DNA of 64,000 bases from Proteromonas lacertae (taxonomy: Eukaryota), in the NCBI GenBank assembly GCA_002245135.1, contig NGBS01000292.1, forward strand, positions 310,001 to 374,000, read 5' to 3'. The notes under the pieces are model-generated. The model was given only the letters and a program-made list of their open reading frames with translations, was not told where the DNA came from and did not search any database. Within the stretch, counting starts at the first letter, position 1, and each line of letters begins with the position of its first letter. This document shows positions 12,495 through 27,410 of the stretch, one piece after another. The position numbers and the translations under genes were made by a program.

Positions 12495-15400
12495 ATGAAG
12501 CAAATTGTCATTGGCCAAAGGCCTTTAACCATTGATGATGTTATAAATGCATCATATCAACGATACATGATTGTTATTGACAATGATACATTAACTGCTG
12601 TATAATTTAATTTTATGATTGTTGTTAGATTGATAAAAAAGTAGAAAAGAATGTTAAACAATTCAAAATTAAAGCTGATGAAGATTGTTTCAATCAGACT
12701 GAGTATTTCCGTATTATTTAAAATGTAGGTGTGAAGATTTAGATCCATCATTCTTGAATAATAACATTGTAAGATCAATTTTATTCATTTGTATCTCAAA
12801 ATTTATTAGAGTATAATTTTTACACTTTTTATTTTTTACAGGGTGATAGTTGTATTAGTAAAGAAACAATCACCAGAATAGTCTCAATTCTAAACAACTC
12901 AATTGAACTAGAAGTTTCAATCAAAAACTATACTCAACAAATAATCAAAGCAATTGAAGGAACAGGTCATTGTAGATATGGTGAAAATAAAGATGGTACA
13001 GTAAATGAAGCATTATCATTCTATGGAATTAAGAATGATGAATATGAATTGACAGAACCAGAAAAATATGAATTAAGAAACGTATCTATTTTTAATAATT
13101 CTATAATTCATAGCCAACTTATCTATGTTTAGGTTTAACCATAACAGGTGTATATTTATTACGTAATACATTGATACAAGAGTTGGCATTATCATCTTTA
13201 TCAGTGGAAGTATATCAATCATCAGCATCTCCATATATTGAAGATAATGAAGTATTAATATATTAATATATTATTATATAGAAATGTACAAATCATAAAG
13301 GGTATTCATATTCCTGTCAATTATTGAGATTATTTTTAGCATCTTCATTAAATATTAAACCAAAATATATTGATGAAAATATATTTATACAATACATCCC
13401 ACAAGTATATTTATATTTATTCATTCTTATAGTTGATTGGCCCATCTCTTGATCTATGTGATTATGCTTTAAAATCATTAATTATCGATTTAAATGCAAT
13501 TCAAGCGCTTAATTCCAATCCATTACATCAAATAGCCACAGCTAATGGTTTATATATTCAAGATATGTGTAGTAATATCGTATTATCATTAGCACCAATG
13601 GCTGAGTCTATTCATGATAGAATATGTGATATGAGTAAGAAATATACCATTCCAATGAATGAAGAATTTCAATCAGCTGTTGATAATTACTTGGATGAAG
13701 TGAAACATTTGGTATATATATTATATTAATAAATATTTCTTTTATTTTTATTAATATATATATATTCTAATTAGATTAATGTTGTTTCTGAAGCTTCTGC
13801 TGATCCAAAACATATTAAAAGTTCATTACAATGTTCCTATTCACTCAGTCTCATTTGTTTATCCATTAATTCATTAATCAACATGGAATCAAAGTTGTCA
13901 GTGAAAGTATTAATGCAAAGAGGAAGTGATTTAGCTGTACAAAGAGTAGAAGATCAAATCAAGAAGAATGAAGGACAACTGAAGCAATTACTAAACAAAC
14001 ATCAAAAAGAACTTCAAGACAAGCCTGATGATGCAGAATTAAAAGCCAAATTTGATAAAGAAGTAGAAGAATTAAAGCAAAAGCAAGAAAAAGATATAAA
14101 AGACTTAAAAGAAAAAGTAGAAAAAGATAATACCAGTTTAATCCATCTAGGTCAAGGAACATGTCAAATATACTGTTTATTAAAAGATGTAATAGAAGAT
14201 GTTGATTCATTTATAAATATAGTTCATCCACTCTTAGGTGAATTATATCCACTCACTATTTCATTATTAGATAAATATTTAAGTGGAGGAAATAGAAGAA
14301 AACCACAAATCCCTAAAGGAACAAGAGATTATTTACCAAATCAAATGATTATCAGAGAATATGTATTTAATACGATTAGAAAAATATTCAAACGTCATGG
14401 AGCTGTAGAAATAGATACTCCAGTATTTGAACATAAATCTACACTAATGGGCAAATATGGTGAAGACAGTAAACTGATCTACGATTTAGCTGATCAAGGT
14501 GGTGCAGAATTATCATTAAGATATGATCTAACCGTTCCATTTGCTCGATTTTTATCCACTAACAGTATTGGTAATATAAAGAGATATCATATAGCAAGAG
14601 TATATCGAAGAGATAATCCTGTATTAAGTAAAGGAAGATTTAGAGAGTTTTATCAATGTGATTATGATATAGCAGGTAAATATGATGTTATGATTCCTGA
14701 AGCTGATGTATTATCAGTTGCTTGTGGTATTTTATCTTCTTTACCAATTGGTGATTTTGTATTTAAATTAAATCATCGAAAATTGTTAGATGCAATGATG
14801 GAAATCTGTGGTGTTCCAAAAGACAAATTAAGAGCTATAAGTTCTGCTATTGATAAGTTAGATAAAGAGAGTTGGGAAGAAGTAGCTGATGAAATGCATA
14901 ATGTAAAAGGATTACCAATGGAATCTGTTAATATGATCAAGAAATTTGTTGATAATAAAGGAAATCTTAAAGAATTATTGGATAAGTTTAAAAACAACAA
15001 ATCTGATTGGTTCGGAGATCATCCAATAGCAAACGAAGCATTAAATGAATTAGAAATATTATACAATTACTTAGAAGCAATGGATGTATTGAAATATATT
15101 CAATTTGATATGTCTTTGGCTAGAGGTTTGGATTATTATACTGGTTTGATTTATGAAGCAATTCTCACTGATCCAAGTGTAGGAGTTGGTAGTATTAGTG
15201 CTGGTGGTAGATACGATCATTTAGTTGGTATGTTCACTCCAGGCGATAAAGAAACTCCTTGTGTTGGCATAAGCATAGGAGTTGAAAGAGTATTTGCAAT
15301 CATGGAGAAGAAAAGTGAGAAAACCAATGAATTGTTGAATAGAGGTAAGACTAGTGTGTTTGTTGCTTCGATTGGTAATAATTTGGTTAGTGAAAGGATG

Positions 15401-15662
15401 AAAATTGCCAATGAATTGTGGAGTAATAATATATCTGCTGAATTCTTATATTCTAATAACCCTAATATGAAGAAACAATTAGCTGCTGACTTTAGAGAAA
15501 GGACACAAGTATATGATTGTTATTGGTGAGGATGAGATCAAAAAGAATATAGTGAAAGTCAAAGTTATTGACACAAAAGAAGAAATAGAAGTACCAAGAT
15601 CTGATATGGTGAAGACTTTGTTAGAAAAAGGTTGTCCAAAAGTTGAGATTGAATCACTCTAG
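12495..15662 (+). CDS. HARS: Histidyl-tRNA synthetase with long N-terminal aromatic-ammonia-lyase-like extension; one frameshift near 15489
   Basis: PKGTRDY, LRYDLTVPFAR, GRFREFYQCDYD, RGLDYY, GGRYD; after a +1 shift it continues LEKGHKYMIVIGEDE to stop at 15662; N-terminal exons begin MKQIVIGQRPLTIDDV. Confidence 0.92.
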
Positions 15663-15866
15663 AAAGAAAATATTTTGAAGTATTAGTTTTAAACTTTTAT
15701 TATTATGAAATATTACTATTATAATGATTTGTCCTTGAGTAAATAATCTGATTTTTAATCTTATCCAATCAAATCTTTGCTTGAAGGTTTGCATTTGTAT
15801 TTCAATCTTTTGTTTTAAAAAGAAGTGGTATGACTACAGTTTATTTATTTATTTCATTTTATAGAA

Positions 15867-17043
15867 ATGGATACACCTGAATCTATAGAAGTAAGTAAAT
15901 TTACAAAGTACTCATGCATACCAGGTATGTTAACTTTTGGTACAGCAACTGTTGTCATTCAAAAGATCGTCTTAACTATGAGATCTCATGACAATGATGG
16001 AAATAAAGAACAATTCTCAAAGCCATGGTTTCAAACTGAAGCTATGTTCGTCGGTATGATGCTTTGCTTAGTTGTCTATGAACTTACAGAATGTTTCAAA
16101 CGTTTCAAGAAAGTCAAAGAAGAAGCCAACACATCCAGAAAGAGAGATTATGTAATGGTCTTAATTCCAGCACTTTGTGATATGTGTGCTACCTGTATGA
16201 TGAATGTAGGTTTAGTATGGATTCAACCATCCATCTGGCAAATGTTAAGAGGTTCAATGATCATCTTTTCAAGTATTATGACATACTTCTGTTTAAAACG
16301 AAAGCTGAAGTTATACTAAATGGATAGCCGTTTTAATCACTGTAGTAGGTTTATTAGTTGTTGCTGTTGCATCATTAAATATTCCAACAGTAAACAATGA
16401 TGAAGATGATGATGATGATATTGATAGCACTGATCCAGATGCTACATCAGCACCAAAGACAGGAACAACCACCTTACAAATGATTATTGCATTCATTTTA
16501 GTTATTGGAGCTCAAATCATTCAAGCTTCTCAAATTGTGATTGAAGAGCATTTATTAAAATCAATCAATATGCCTGCTTCCTTGATTGTAGGTATTGAAG
16601 GTTTCTGGGGAACTTTAGTTTTAGCCATAATTATGATACCTTTAGGTTATACACCAGAATCTTGGGATGTATTCCATGAAGATACAGTTGACAGTTTTGA
16701 ATTAATTGGACACAGTTCTACATTAGCTATTGCTTTAATTTTATATGTATTCGCCATTTTAGCTTATAATTTATTCGGTATGATGGTTACTCAAACATTC
16801 ACTGCTGTTCACAGAACTATTATGGAAGGTATCAGAACCAGTTGTATTTGGTTATGCAATTTATTCATTCATTATGTAATTGATGAACATTTCGGAGAAA
16901 TCTGGAATTACTGGAGTTTCTTAGAATTATTCGGATTTGGAATATTGATATTTGGTACTTTAGTGTATAATGAAGTTATTCCATTACCATTACCATGTGA
17001 TAAAGACAAAGGAGAAGCTTTATTAAGTAATGAACAAGTATAA
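15867..17043 (+). CDS. SLC35F6-like nucleotide-sugar/DMT transporter; one frameshift near 16317
   Basis: FSKPWFQTEAMFVG, PALCD, SIWQMLRG, VGIEGFWG, AVHRTIMEGIRT, GTLVYN; the two ORFs join by removing 1 nt. Confidence 0.85.
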
Positions 17044-17193
17044 ATGATGACAATGACAATAAATGTTCACCTTCAAGTGATATATATTGGTTATTTTTGT
17101 TTACTTGGGGAGGATATGAAGTATTTCTGAAAATATTAATTCAAAAAAATACAAAAGAAATAGTCGTTTCAAATATCGTTTTGTTTGATAAAA

Positions 17194-17917
17194 ATGATTA
17201 AAGCTAATCGTACATTGCGTAAAATGGGTATAATTTTTGTTTTTAAATCTCAGTAAAACCACCTGCACATTTATCAATGGGAGTTACAGGCACACTTATC
17301 AAATATGAAGAAGATAAAGATATTACCCCACCAGATGTATTCTTATATATCTAATTATATATTTTGGATAGTCTCCGACAACAATATATTCAGAATCAAG
17401 TTATCACTCTCACCATTCACATTCTTCTCACCATACAAATCATTCACATCATTCTTCACGTCCTACAACTCATGATTCTAAAAAATCACAGAGATCAGCA
17501 GCAAAAGAGGTATTGTCACCTCATTCAATTAATTCAAGATCTACAGGAACACACACTCCATATTCAAATTCTCGACCTTCCACAGGTGTAAGTAGTAGAA
17601 GTGGAAGAAGTGATAATAAAAGCAAAAGCAGTGACTGGGAATTAGATGAAGAAGCTTTATTGAGAAGTGTAATGGAAAGAAATAAAAGACAATCATCCAG
17701 AGAATTTCTAGGAAAAGGAGCAGCACAAGCGATAAATGGTCCTCTTTATGGATCTGTATAATTTATAATTGTAATGAAATAGGATGTATGTGTTGATACA
17801 ATGAGTAATTTACAAACACAATTGGTGAAAGAAAAGCAGAAAAGACAAGCAATAGAAACTAAAATGCATGTTTTGTTAAATGAATTAGATGATATTAAAA
17901 GAACAATGCATGAGTAA
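17194..17917 (+). CDS. Hypothetical Ser/His-rich protein with C-terminal coiled coil, multi-exon
   Basis: Open exons separated by short GT-AG introns; no recognisable domain. Confidence 0.5.
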
Positions 17918-18540
17918 AATAAATATAACAGCAATTAATATATATATTATTTAGTGTTTTTTATTGTAGTTATTGTTTATAAGGTAATTGAATGTAAATT
18001 GACATAACTCAAGCCAAGTATTTGAATATTTATATTTTTCTCATTTTTGGCGTTATAAAGCATGTATTCATAATTATTTGTTTATAATATCCATCATTAG
18101 TTGTGAAATTATCATATTACAATGATTTAAACTAAGCATGAGATTTATTATGAGAAAAGCAAAATTATTATTGTTAAGAGCAAATGGTTAGTAAAATTCA
18201 GTTCATTGAGGGAATATAAATAGCAGTTCACTATTGTCTACTTCATTTTCTGATTGTTAAGCTAATTTTGCTATTTTTACTTGTAAGGTTATATAAAATG
18301 TCGATAATAAAAGATTACAGAAAATATAGCAATGTGATTGTAGTTTCTATTCTGCAAATATTATTGGTGATTTACTCTTCTAGTAAAGCGCTTAGCGTAA
18401 TAGCTTTTAATATAGTCATCATTAATAAATACTATTATACTGGTACAGATATAATTAGAATTAAAATGTATTTATTGTAGAAATAATGACGATTTATTTA
18501 TTCGTTATAAAAGAACATTTAAGAAACAATTGAAAAAGCT

Positions 18541-21500
18541 ATGAAAAATCTTACGATCTTTACAATTATATGTATTGTTTAATACTTATTAAATAGGCTT
18601 ATGTTCAACATATTCACTTGCCCAAGATACCTTTAGCTATGACAATCCAAAACCAGATTATGTTGTTGGGAAGTTAATCACACCGAATTCACCAAATATC
18701 GCTATAGCAGGTGCTAAATTCTCAATTGTACCGTCTTTAAGTAGTGGTCTCTCTTTAGATCAAACATCTGGAACAATTAGTGGAACTCCGTTAGAACAAT
18801 ATCAAGCTTATTATATTATTACATTAACATCACCAGATGGAACTATTAAAAAAGCTAATATTAACATGCTAAGTATAAATTATCAATTAATTATTTAGTT
18901 TGGGATGTACCAAAAGTTTTAACATGCGGATTAACAAAATTGTTTATCGCATCGGATGAAACAGATTCATTTCCCTGTAAAAGTGACAAATATGTAAACA
19001 GTTGGTCAATTAACTTCAATCCTGCTGGTTCATATCCTATTACAATATCAAATTCTGGTGTTTTACAGTTTAAACAATTTTTCACCTCCTGACAACCCAA
19101 TAACGTATATTATTTTTTGTTTTTAATGATAATAGAGTGACATTAAATGCAGAAAATCCAGCTGGTAAAAGTGCAAATTCTACATCGATAATAATCTCAA
19201 AATCAGATGTAGTGATTAAATCAGGTTTAAATGTGAAGGTAGATAAAGTTAATAGTTTTATGTGTGGTAATGAAAATGCTATAAAAACAATATACAATAG
19301 TAAAACCACAATAATAGACAATTTAGATGGTTTAGATGGATCTGATGCATATACAGTTTGGGATAATAAATTAGGTGGATTTTTATCAACTTATAATGCT
19401 AAATGGTGGAATTACACAATAGAAGCAGCAATATTTGCTCCAGAAAAAGGTGGATACAAGATACACTATAATACAGATTATACTTCATATCAAATCTATA
19501 TTGATGATAAGGTGAGTGATATTTATGAATTTGGTTACGGTTATACTGATAAATCGGTTTATTATTATACTCAATGTAGTGTTTGGGAAGAATCAGATTG
19601 GAGTACTAATAGTAGAATTAACAGCTGGATATCACACATTTAAAATTGTTGGTCATTATACATGTAAGACAAGTAAGAATGCATACTTCTGCTGGTCAAT
19701 GATATACTGTGATGAACTTGAAAACAATGCTACTTACATAAGTTTATGTTAAGATGGACACCTCCAGGTAAAACATCAGAGGAATCAGTACAATATTACT
19801 ATTATATAAAGGTTTATAATGTTATTTCATACTTATCATTTGATAGTGATTATTTCACTATGCCAATAAATTCTTATTTTGAAATTCCATTCAAAATAGA
19901 AAGAGGTAAACCAAGTGAATGTACAACAGGAGATAATAGAATAACAATTGATCTTACAAAATACATATTAACAGGACAAATAGATGTAGAAAGTAATCTG
20001 AAATTGACAATACAATGTTCAACTGAAACTTCAACAACCAATGCAGTTATTTTATATGTTGATATAGTTGATAGATATGTAAAAGGAATAGTTGCCTATT
20101 ATCTTAAATCTGATGAATTTGATAAAAGCTGTTCATCTCCTTATACAACTTCAACTGGAAGGTGTTATAACCGAATTTATTACGATTAGAAGATGATATA
20201 AATCAAGAATACAATCCAATTCAATCAGTTTGGGATGGTTTAACTCCGAATTTTGCAAGTGAATTTGGAGTAAATTGGGAAGGTTATATAAAGATAGAAA
20301 CATCTGGCTAGTTATATTTTCAACTTAACTTCAGTTCAAGGATCTTGGTTATTTATTGATTTTGTAGAATTAATTCAATCAAAAAGGAGTTCATGATTGG
20401 AGTTCAAAAACAGGAACAAAATCTCTAACTGCAGGTTATCATTTCATAAGAGTGAATTATATGAAGAATATTGGAGCAAGTGGAATAAAATTGTTATATA
20501 AGAATGAGATAGATTCTTCATTTGAAAATCTGATTGGTAAATTGTATTTTGTTCCAAGAGGAGATTTTGAATATCGAGTTAGTTATGCAGTTTACATAGT
20601 GAATAATCGAATATCTGACAATATTCCATTTACTGAAGGAGATCAATTAATAAGTGAACTGTGTATCTGATCCTAGTTTACCTCCTGGTTTAGAGTTATC
20701 TGGTTGTATAATTCGAGGAACACCAACAACAGTTCAAGACGTAACATCGTATGTGATAAGTGGTAAATTATCAGATGGTAAAATAATTATGTCAACAATT
20801 CAAATAACCATAATTGCAGATATAAAACCACAAGGACTTCATTTAGTAGATTTAGATAATGGAGGAATATCCATAACTGAGTTGAATCTGTTTATTGGAA
20901 ATGAAAGTCACTTATTAATAAGTGTTGATAGTGGTGCTGTAATTAGTTATGAATTACCAGTAGTTCCTCAAGGTTTTAAATATGATAAATATAAAGGTAG
21001 TATAACAGCTATTTCAACTGAATATTTGACTAATTATGAATTAGAAATTCGAGCTTATTATTTTAATAGTGAATATGTCAGCACAAAAATAGTGACAAAT
21101 GTGATAAGTGGATGTTCTGGTGAATATAAACCTCATTTTGTGAAAGTAGTTGATTCGAAAAGTCCAAGAGCTGAAATTATGTGCAGATTTGAATATACAA
21201 ATGAAACTACAATTTATGGTTATACAATTCCTTCAGGATCACCTCCATTATATTTTCCATCTTTATGCTTAATTCCTGGAGATTATAGATTCTATGCATC
21301 TGATTTTGAAGATGGAGATGGAAGTTTCTTCTTTGAGTTTTATACTGATGGAAAGTTAGCTGATAGAATAGATATGAAATATTATGGATATGGTACTTAT
21401 AGAATAAATACTGTACCAAAATCACCAGTAATTGTCTATTCAAATGTAATAGAAGAATTCTATTTAAATGAAGAAGTGAAGATAGTTCCAATAGTAAAAC

Positions 21501-24500
21501 TTCTTGATAGTTGTAAAGTATCTCCTGATTTACCTTCATTTTTACATTTTAATTCAACAAATTGTGCAATAGCTGGAAAAGTGACAGGAGAATCTCCAAA
21601 ACAGCTTTATAAGATAATAGGATCAAATGTGAATGGAATAACAACTAGATTCCTTAATTTGACATTCTATGGTGATATAATTGAAAATTTATGTTCAAAA
21701 CAAGGAAAATCCATGATTGAAATTCATGTGAATGGCAAGTGAATATACTTCTCCATCTTTATGGACATATAATCTTTACAAAACTTCTGAAATGGATAAT
21801 GATAATAAAAGTTCAATAATCGAATTGAAAGGATCAGATGAAGGATGGGAAAGTGGAAAGATATATGAATATATTTATTGTATATCAAATGATGAATATA
21901 CTTCGTTTTACAGAACAAGTAATTCATATTCAGGTTATGGAAATGGATTTATTGATGTATTAGTTGATGGAATTCCAGTTGACAGAACATCATTAGCTTA
22001 TTATGTAATGAAAAAAGAAAAGAATTTTCATTCCACATTAGATTGTGGTTATAATACAGTTTGGGAGAATTCAATTCAATATGAAGATGGTTGGGATAAT
22101 CCAAATAGTCAACATTCAACATGGTCAAAATCCAAATTATCTGAATTGAATAAAGTATCTGGAAATGTAATTTATATTCGAAAGATAGACACATTTGGTG
22201 AATTAGATAAATATAATGCCTTTGCTTTAAAAGTGAGTTATATAAGTGGAGTAGTAATAAAAGTGAATGGAAAAGAGATCTTTCGAAATAATTTACCCAA
22301 TGGTGAAATATCTCCCTCCACAATGGCAAATAATCGATTTGATGTTTTAACTGCTGAAGTGTTTATTCTTCCAATAACATGGTTAGAAGAAAATCCATTT
22401 GAAATATCAATTGAATTACACAAATTCAATGGCGAAAGCAATTTCCCAGAAGTAAGTTCTTCATTATTGAGAATAATTGGAAGTGAACAAGATTGCCTAA
22501 TTCTTAATAAATACTCAAACAGAGTTACTGAGACAAATACAAAAGCTTATCGTTATCATATTTCCTATGCTTTTGATGAAAATCCTAATTCAAAGTTTTA
22601 TATATCTACAAATTCTGGTTGGGGAATAATGAGATACAAAGATCATTTTCATCCATATTTCACTCAGTTTAGTATTAATGCATATTCTACAGATGATACT
22701 CCAAAAGACTTTACGGTAGAAGGATTATATAATTCTCAATGGATTTTGATTGGTAATTATGTTGGTATAACATATCCTGAGAATAAAAAAAGAGTATTTA
22801 CAGATTATAACACAACTGTGATGTATTCAGCAATAAAAATATCTATTACTAATACTACAGGTAGTAATATTGATGTTAATGACATTAATTTCCATTTATG
22901 TCCAATAAGATATTGTAAAGCTGTAGAAGGAATACCAGAAACAATGACAGGTACTGAAACTATTGTTGGTTGTAAAACCTCAGGAATTATTGGAAATCGA
23001 ACATTATACTGTAATAATGATAAATCTTGGAGTGAAATCAAGAATAGTTGTAATGAATTCTCCATCTTTAATTAGTAAAGAAACATCTTATACATTCAAA
23101 GCAGGTAGTTTCTATGAAAATAAGAGATTATTCACAGTTTCAGGAAAAGATGTAATTTATTCAATGGTTACTGAAATAAGTGGCTTAAGAATAGATAATA
23201 AAACTGGTTTAATATCTGGTCAACCATATATTGAACAATCATCAAAACCAGTTTATTTCAAAGCCAGTAATCCATATTTAAGCGATGGTATAACAATTGA
23301 AATAGCCATAACTGTTTTACCTTCAAATATTCCAATAAAGATTTGGAGTAATGAATCTGTGATATTAGATGCTGGTAAGATGTATAAAGATTATCAATTA
23401 TTTTATGTAACAGGTGAAAATATCAAATATTCAGTTGATAAACTACCAAAAGGATTGAATATGAACAAAAACAGTGGATTGATAAATGGAATGACAATTG
23501 AAGAAAGTTCAATGAAATGTACATTTACTGCTTCAAACAATGCAGATTATATTCATATAATGATGGAAATAAATGTGACATTATCATCAGAACCTAATAA
23601 TATAAAATATGAGAAAGAAGTGAAAATGATATTTGGAATGAATTATAAAGATTTACAGCCATATCTTTGTTTAGCTAAAACAATCTTATACTCAGTTACT
23701 CCAGCATTACCTGATGGATTGAAATTAGATGGAAATAGTGGAATGATAAGTGGAAAAGTAAATACTGAACCACCAAGTAGTAATTCTTATACATTCAAAT
23801 GTTATAATGACAACGGAGAAGTATCTAATCCAATCACAATAACAACTGAAGAATCTGTAGAACCAGTAATAATTAATCATATTGACAGTATAACAATCGA
23901 AGGTGGAAAAGAATATGATGGATTAGAATTAGGAAGAATAACTGGAAAGAATTTAGTCTATTCAATAATACCGAATCTTCCATCTACAAGCTTGAAATTT
24001 GATTCATCTAGTGGAAGAATTAGTGGATATATATCAAGTAGTTTTAATTCAATAGACACAACAATCTTAGTAAGTGGAAGTGGAAAACAAGTATCATTTT
24101 CATTCATCTTATCCTCATCAATTCCTACTAAACCAGTTATAATTCCATCCAGTAAAATCTCCAGTATAAAATTCAAATTTGGTGAAGCAATAAAATCCAT
24201 TTATCTATTTGTGGCAGTTGGAACAAATCTTGAAATCTCAGTAAATCCTGAATTACCTAAAGGAATTTCATTAGATTCCAAATCTGGTGAAATCTATGGA
24301 ATACCAATAATATATGTTGAAAAAACCAAATATACATTCACAATTAAGAATCCTCCATCTGTTGAAACACTAACTGTGAATGTGGATATAGAATTTGATG
24401 CAATATATTGTGAATCTGATTCTGGATTTGTAAGAAGTCCAGCAGAAAGAGGAGGAAGAGAAGTGTCAATAAAATGTGGAGTAACAAAAAGTGGATTGAA

Positions 24501-24753
24501 AAGAAGAAAATGTTTATTAACTGATGATAATAAAAGTGTTTGGGGTAAAATTGATGATAGTGAATGTAAAACAAGTAGTGCAGCAATAACAGGAATAGCA
24601 ATTGGATCAGTAGCAGGTGGATTAATAGTGATAATGGTGATAATATTCTGTTTATTAAGAACAGGAATGTTTAGAAGAAGAGCAAAATCTCAATCATCTT
24701 TAAATAGACAATCAATGTCAGAAAAACAAAATCCCGATGGTATAAGGATGTAA
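18541..24753 (+). CDS. Large type I membrane surface protein with many He_PIG Ig-like repeats, PA14 domain(s) and a discoidin-like region; about 10 apparent frameshifts
   Basis: Signal-peptide-like start; repeated PxLPxGLxLDxxSGxISG motifs; reconstructed PA14 (FGVNWEGYI..SG.YIFNL..GSWLFID..LTAGYH); TM AITGIAIGSVAGGLIVIMVIIFCLL. Confidence 0.8.
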
Positions 24754-25034
24754 TGGAAATAATTCTAAATTACCATCTTATAATAATTATTAAAAATGTG
24801 TATTGTTAAAATGTTTGTTTTGTGAAAGGGGAGGTGTAAAGAAAATAGAAAAATACCTCTAATTTCTCAAATTGTTAAGTTATGTTAATCAAATGCAGAA
24901 GTGGTTTAATAACATACATCTATTTTCTGTAAAGTCTATAGAAGTGGTATTTTTTAAACATACTCCTCTAAATCTTTCATTTATATTTATTAGTTATATA
25001 ATACACAAATTTCATTAAATAAATAGCATTTAGT

Positions 25035-27395
25035 TTATTTATAAGAGTTTGAATACATCATCTCATCCAAAATTTCATAATTTGAGATAGAATCTAATAA
25101 CCATCTTATACTCAACACTTTTATGTCATTAGGTAATGATCGTATTATATCATATCCATTTATTGAAAATATACAATATTTATTATCACTTTCCATTTTT
25201 ATTAATTCATTCACATTCTTCACATATTTCCCTCCTCCAAGTTCTATCAACTCATATAATTCACTTACACTTGGTAAACTCTTAGAAGTATAATCTCCAA
25301 TCAAATAAAACACAAAACCATCAAATAATTTCTTTGGATTTAATCTCGATCTTTTAGGAGAATATGGTATTAAAGATAATACACTTTTATCACCTTCTAT
25401 TTCATACCTTTCTTCATTCATTATTTTATTATTCTTTATACAATCATCTAACCATGATATATCACATATCCATAAGTGATTTAATATACCAAAACTATTC
25501 AAAAAATAATGGAAATATATAAATATACAAATATTTCAAAGTTCTTTCACTTATTCTATATTCTTTATTATCAATTTTTGTCATTTTTGATTTTGTTATT
25601 ATATGCGTTACTTCTGTTGATATATAAGTTGTGATTATTATATCTTTGTTATTTTGTTTTTTCAATAATTCGATATATTTATTATATTCACTTTTATGAA
25701 TTCCACTAAAGATAATTATTACTTTTGGCATAATAATTTCTTCATTTATTTTTACACTTTCATTCTCATTTTCTTCTTCTTTCTTTTTATTCACTTTTCT
25801 CTTCTTAGTTGATGATTTTTCATTATTATTCTCATTCTCTTTTTTCACTTTTATATTCTCTTTATTATTTTCAATTAAATATCCTTTTGATTGTATATCA
25901 TTCAATATTTCTTCAGGATAATGCAATAATGAATGCTTTTCACAATAACTCTTTCTCAATAAATGACCTGTTTTGTTACTTTCCATTACTTTCATACAGA
26001 ATCCATTATATAAACAACATTGAAGATGATAAGATTTATAACAGCGAGGATGATGACACTATAATAAATATATATATTTCAATTTATATACTTGAATACA
26101 TGGTAATCCATTATCAATTCCACATACACTACATTTTAATAAATATCTTTCACTATCAATTCTATCTAACCCATAAATCATTCCATTTTCTAAATAAGGT
26201 TCAGGAATCCAGACATAACAACACATATGGCAATAATTATCATTATTATTATTTGATTTTATTAAATATCCACCACTTCTTCCACATAATTTACATTTGA
26301 TTTTTGTACTATCATTTCCATCATTACAACATTGACATATAAATTCATTTGAGTTATTATTATTTTTGATGAATTTTTGATAATAATATTCATCAACACA
26401 ATCTGTATGCACTATTACATTACATTTTTTACATTTCAAAACATTTTCATTATCATCATCTTCGATTTTATCTCTACATATATCACATTGTATAATGTCT
26501 TTATCTATTATTGTATTTATATAATATTCATCATCTCTTATCTTATTATTTTTCTTATTACTACTATTATTATTTGTTGATATTGGTGAATAAAGTATTT
26601 TATTTGGTTTATGCAAATGGTTTAGATGAACTTTTGATTTGTAAATAATTGAAGTGTTTTTATTTTTATTACTAATTTGTGTATAATTTCTCTTTATTTT
26701 TTGTGGAGATGATTCATTCTCTATTTGTTTATTATTATTGCCTTCTTCTTCTTCTTCTATTTCATTTACTTTTTCTGTTTCTTCTTCAATTTCCATCTCA
26801 GCATTTTCTTTATTTTCCCCTTCTTTTTCTTCTTCTTCTACTATAGTTGATTGTTTTTCTAATTGTTTTTCTATTTGATTATCTAATTGATCTAGAAGAT
26901 TCTGTGTTGTGGATTGAGTGTGATTTTGGCTTTTACTTGTATGTGATTTTCTTAATGACGAATTATGCACTAATGAGTTGAAAATAATATCTGCAGTATC
27001 TGGTTGAGATAAATCAAAAGGAGTATCAACATTATGACTTGGATGTATTTGTTTATATAGAGAGACTAAATGTTTTATCTAAATATATTAGAAATGATCT
27101 GAATATAAATACTATTGGAGCTGGGAATATAGATCTAGGAATTACTTCTGATTTACACAAAGGACAGCGTTTATGGATTTTTAATTGATGTTCAATACAT
27201 TCTCTATTATATTGATTAACAAATATAGCAAATACTTGCAGAAAGCGTGATAACAAGGAGTGAAATATGGATTATTATAGAAAGAAAGACTAAAAAGTAA
27301 ATTACATTCATTTAATACCATATAGTACATCTGAAATTTACACCTAGTTTTTCTATTGCTTCAGAAACTTCACCAATATGACTATCTTCTTGCAT
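25035..27395 (-). CDS. BRCA1/BARD1-like protein: RING, PHD + extended PHD, tandem BRCT, multi-exon
   Basis: CTIC..PCYHAFC..C..KRCPLCK (RING); CDIC..CKKC.VIVHTDC..CQCC (PHD); CKLCGRSGG..CHMCC.WIPE (ePHD); VTHII..RTLKY..W (BRCT1); LFDGFVFYL..LIELGGG..WLLDSIS (BRCT2). Confidence 0.85.
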
Positions 27396-27410
27396 TTGGC
27401 GGGTTTTCGC
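27395..27410. promoter_or_regulatory. Candidate E2F/DP-type site TTTGGCGGG (plus adjacent TTTTCGC)
   Basis: Match to the TTTSSCG(G/C) consensus, a rare GC-rich patch directly upstream of the BRCA1/BARD1-like start. Confidence 0.4.

Noticed and set aside
16311..20312. Euplotes-style stop-triggered +1 programmed frameshifting
   Set aside because: Only 2 of about 12 shifts abut a stop; the rest (including HisRS and the PA14 PNLLRLEDDIN reconstruction) sit at homopolymers away from stops
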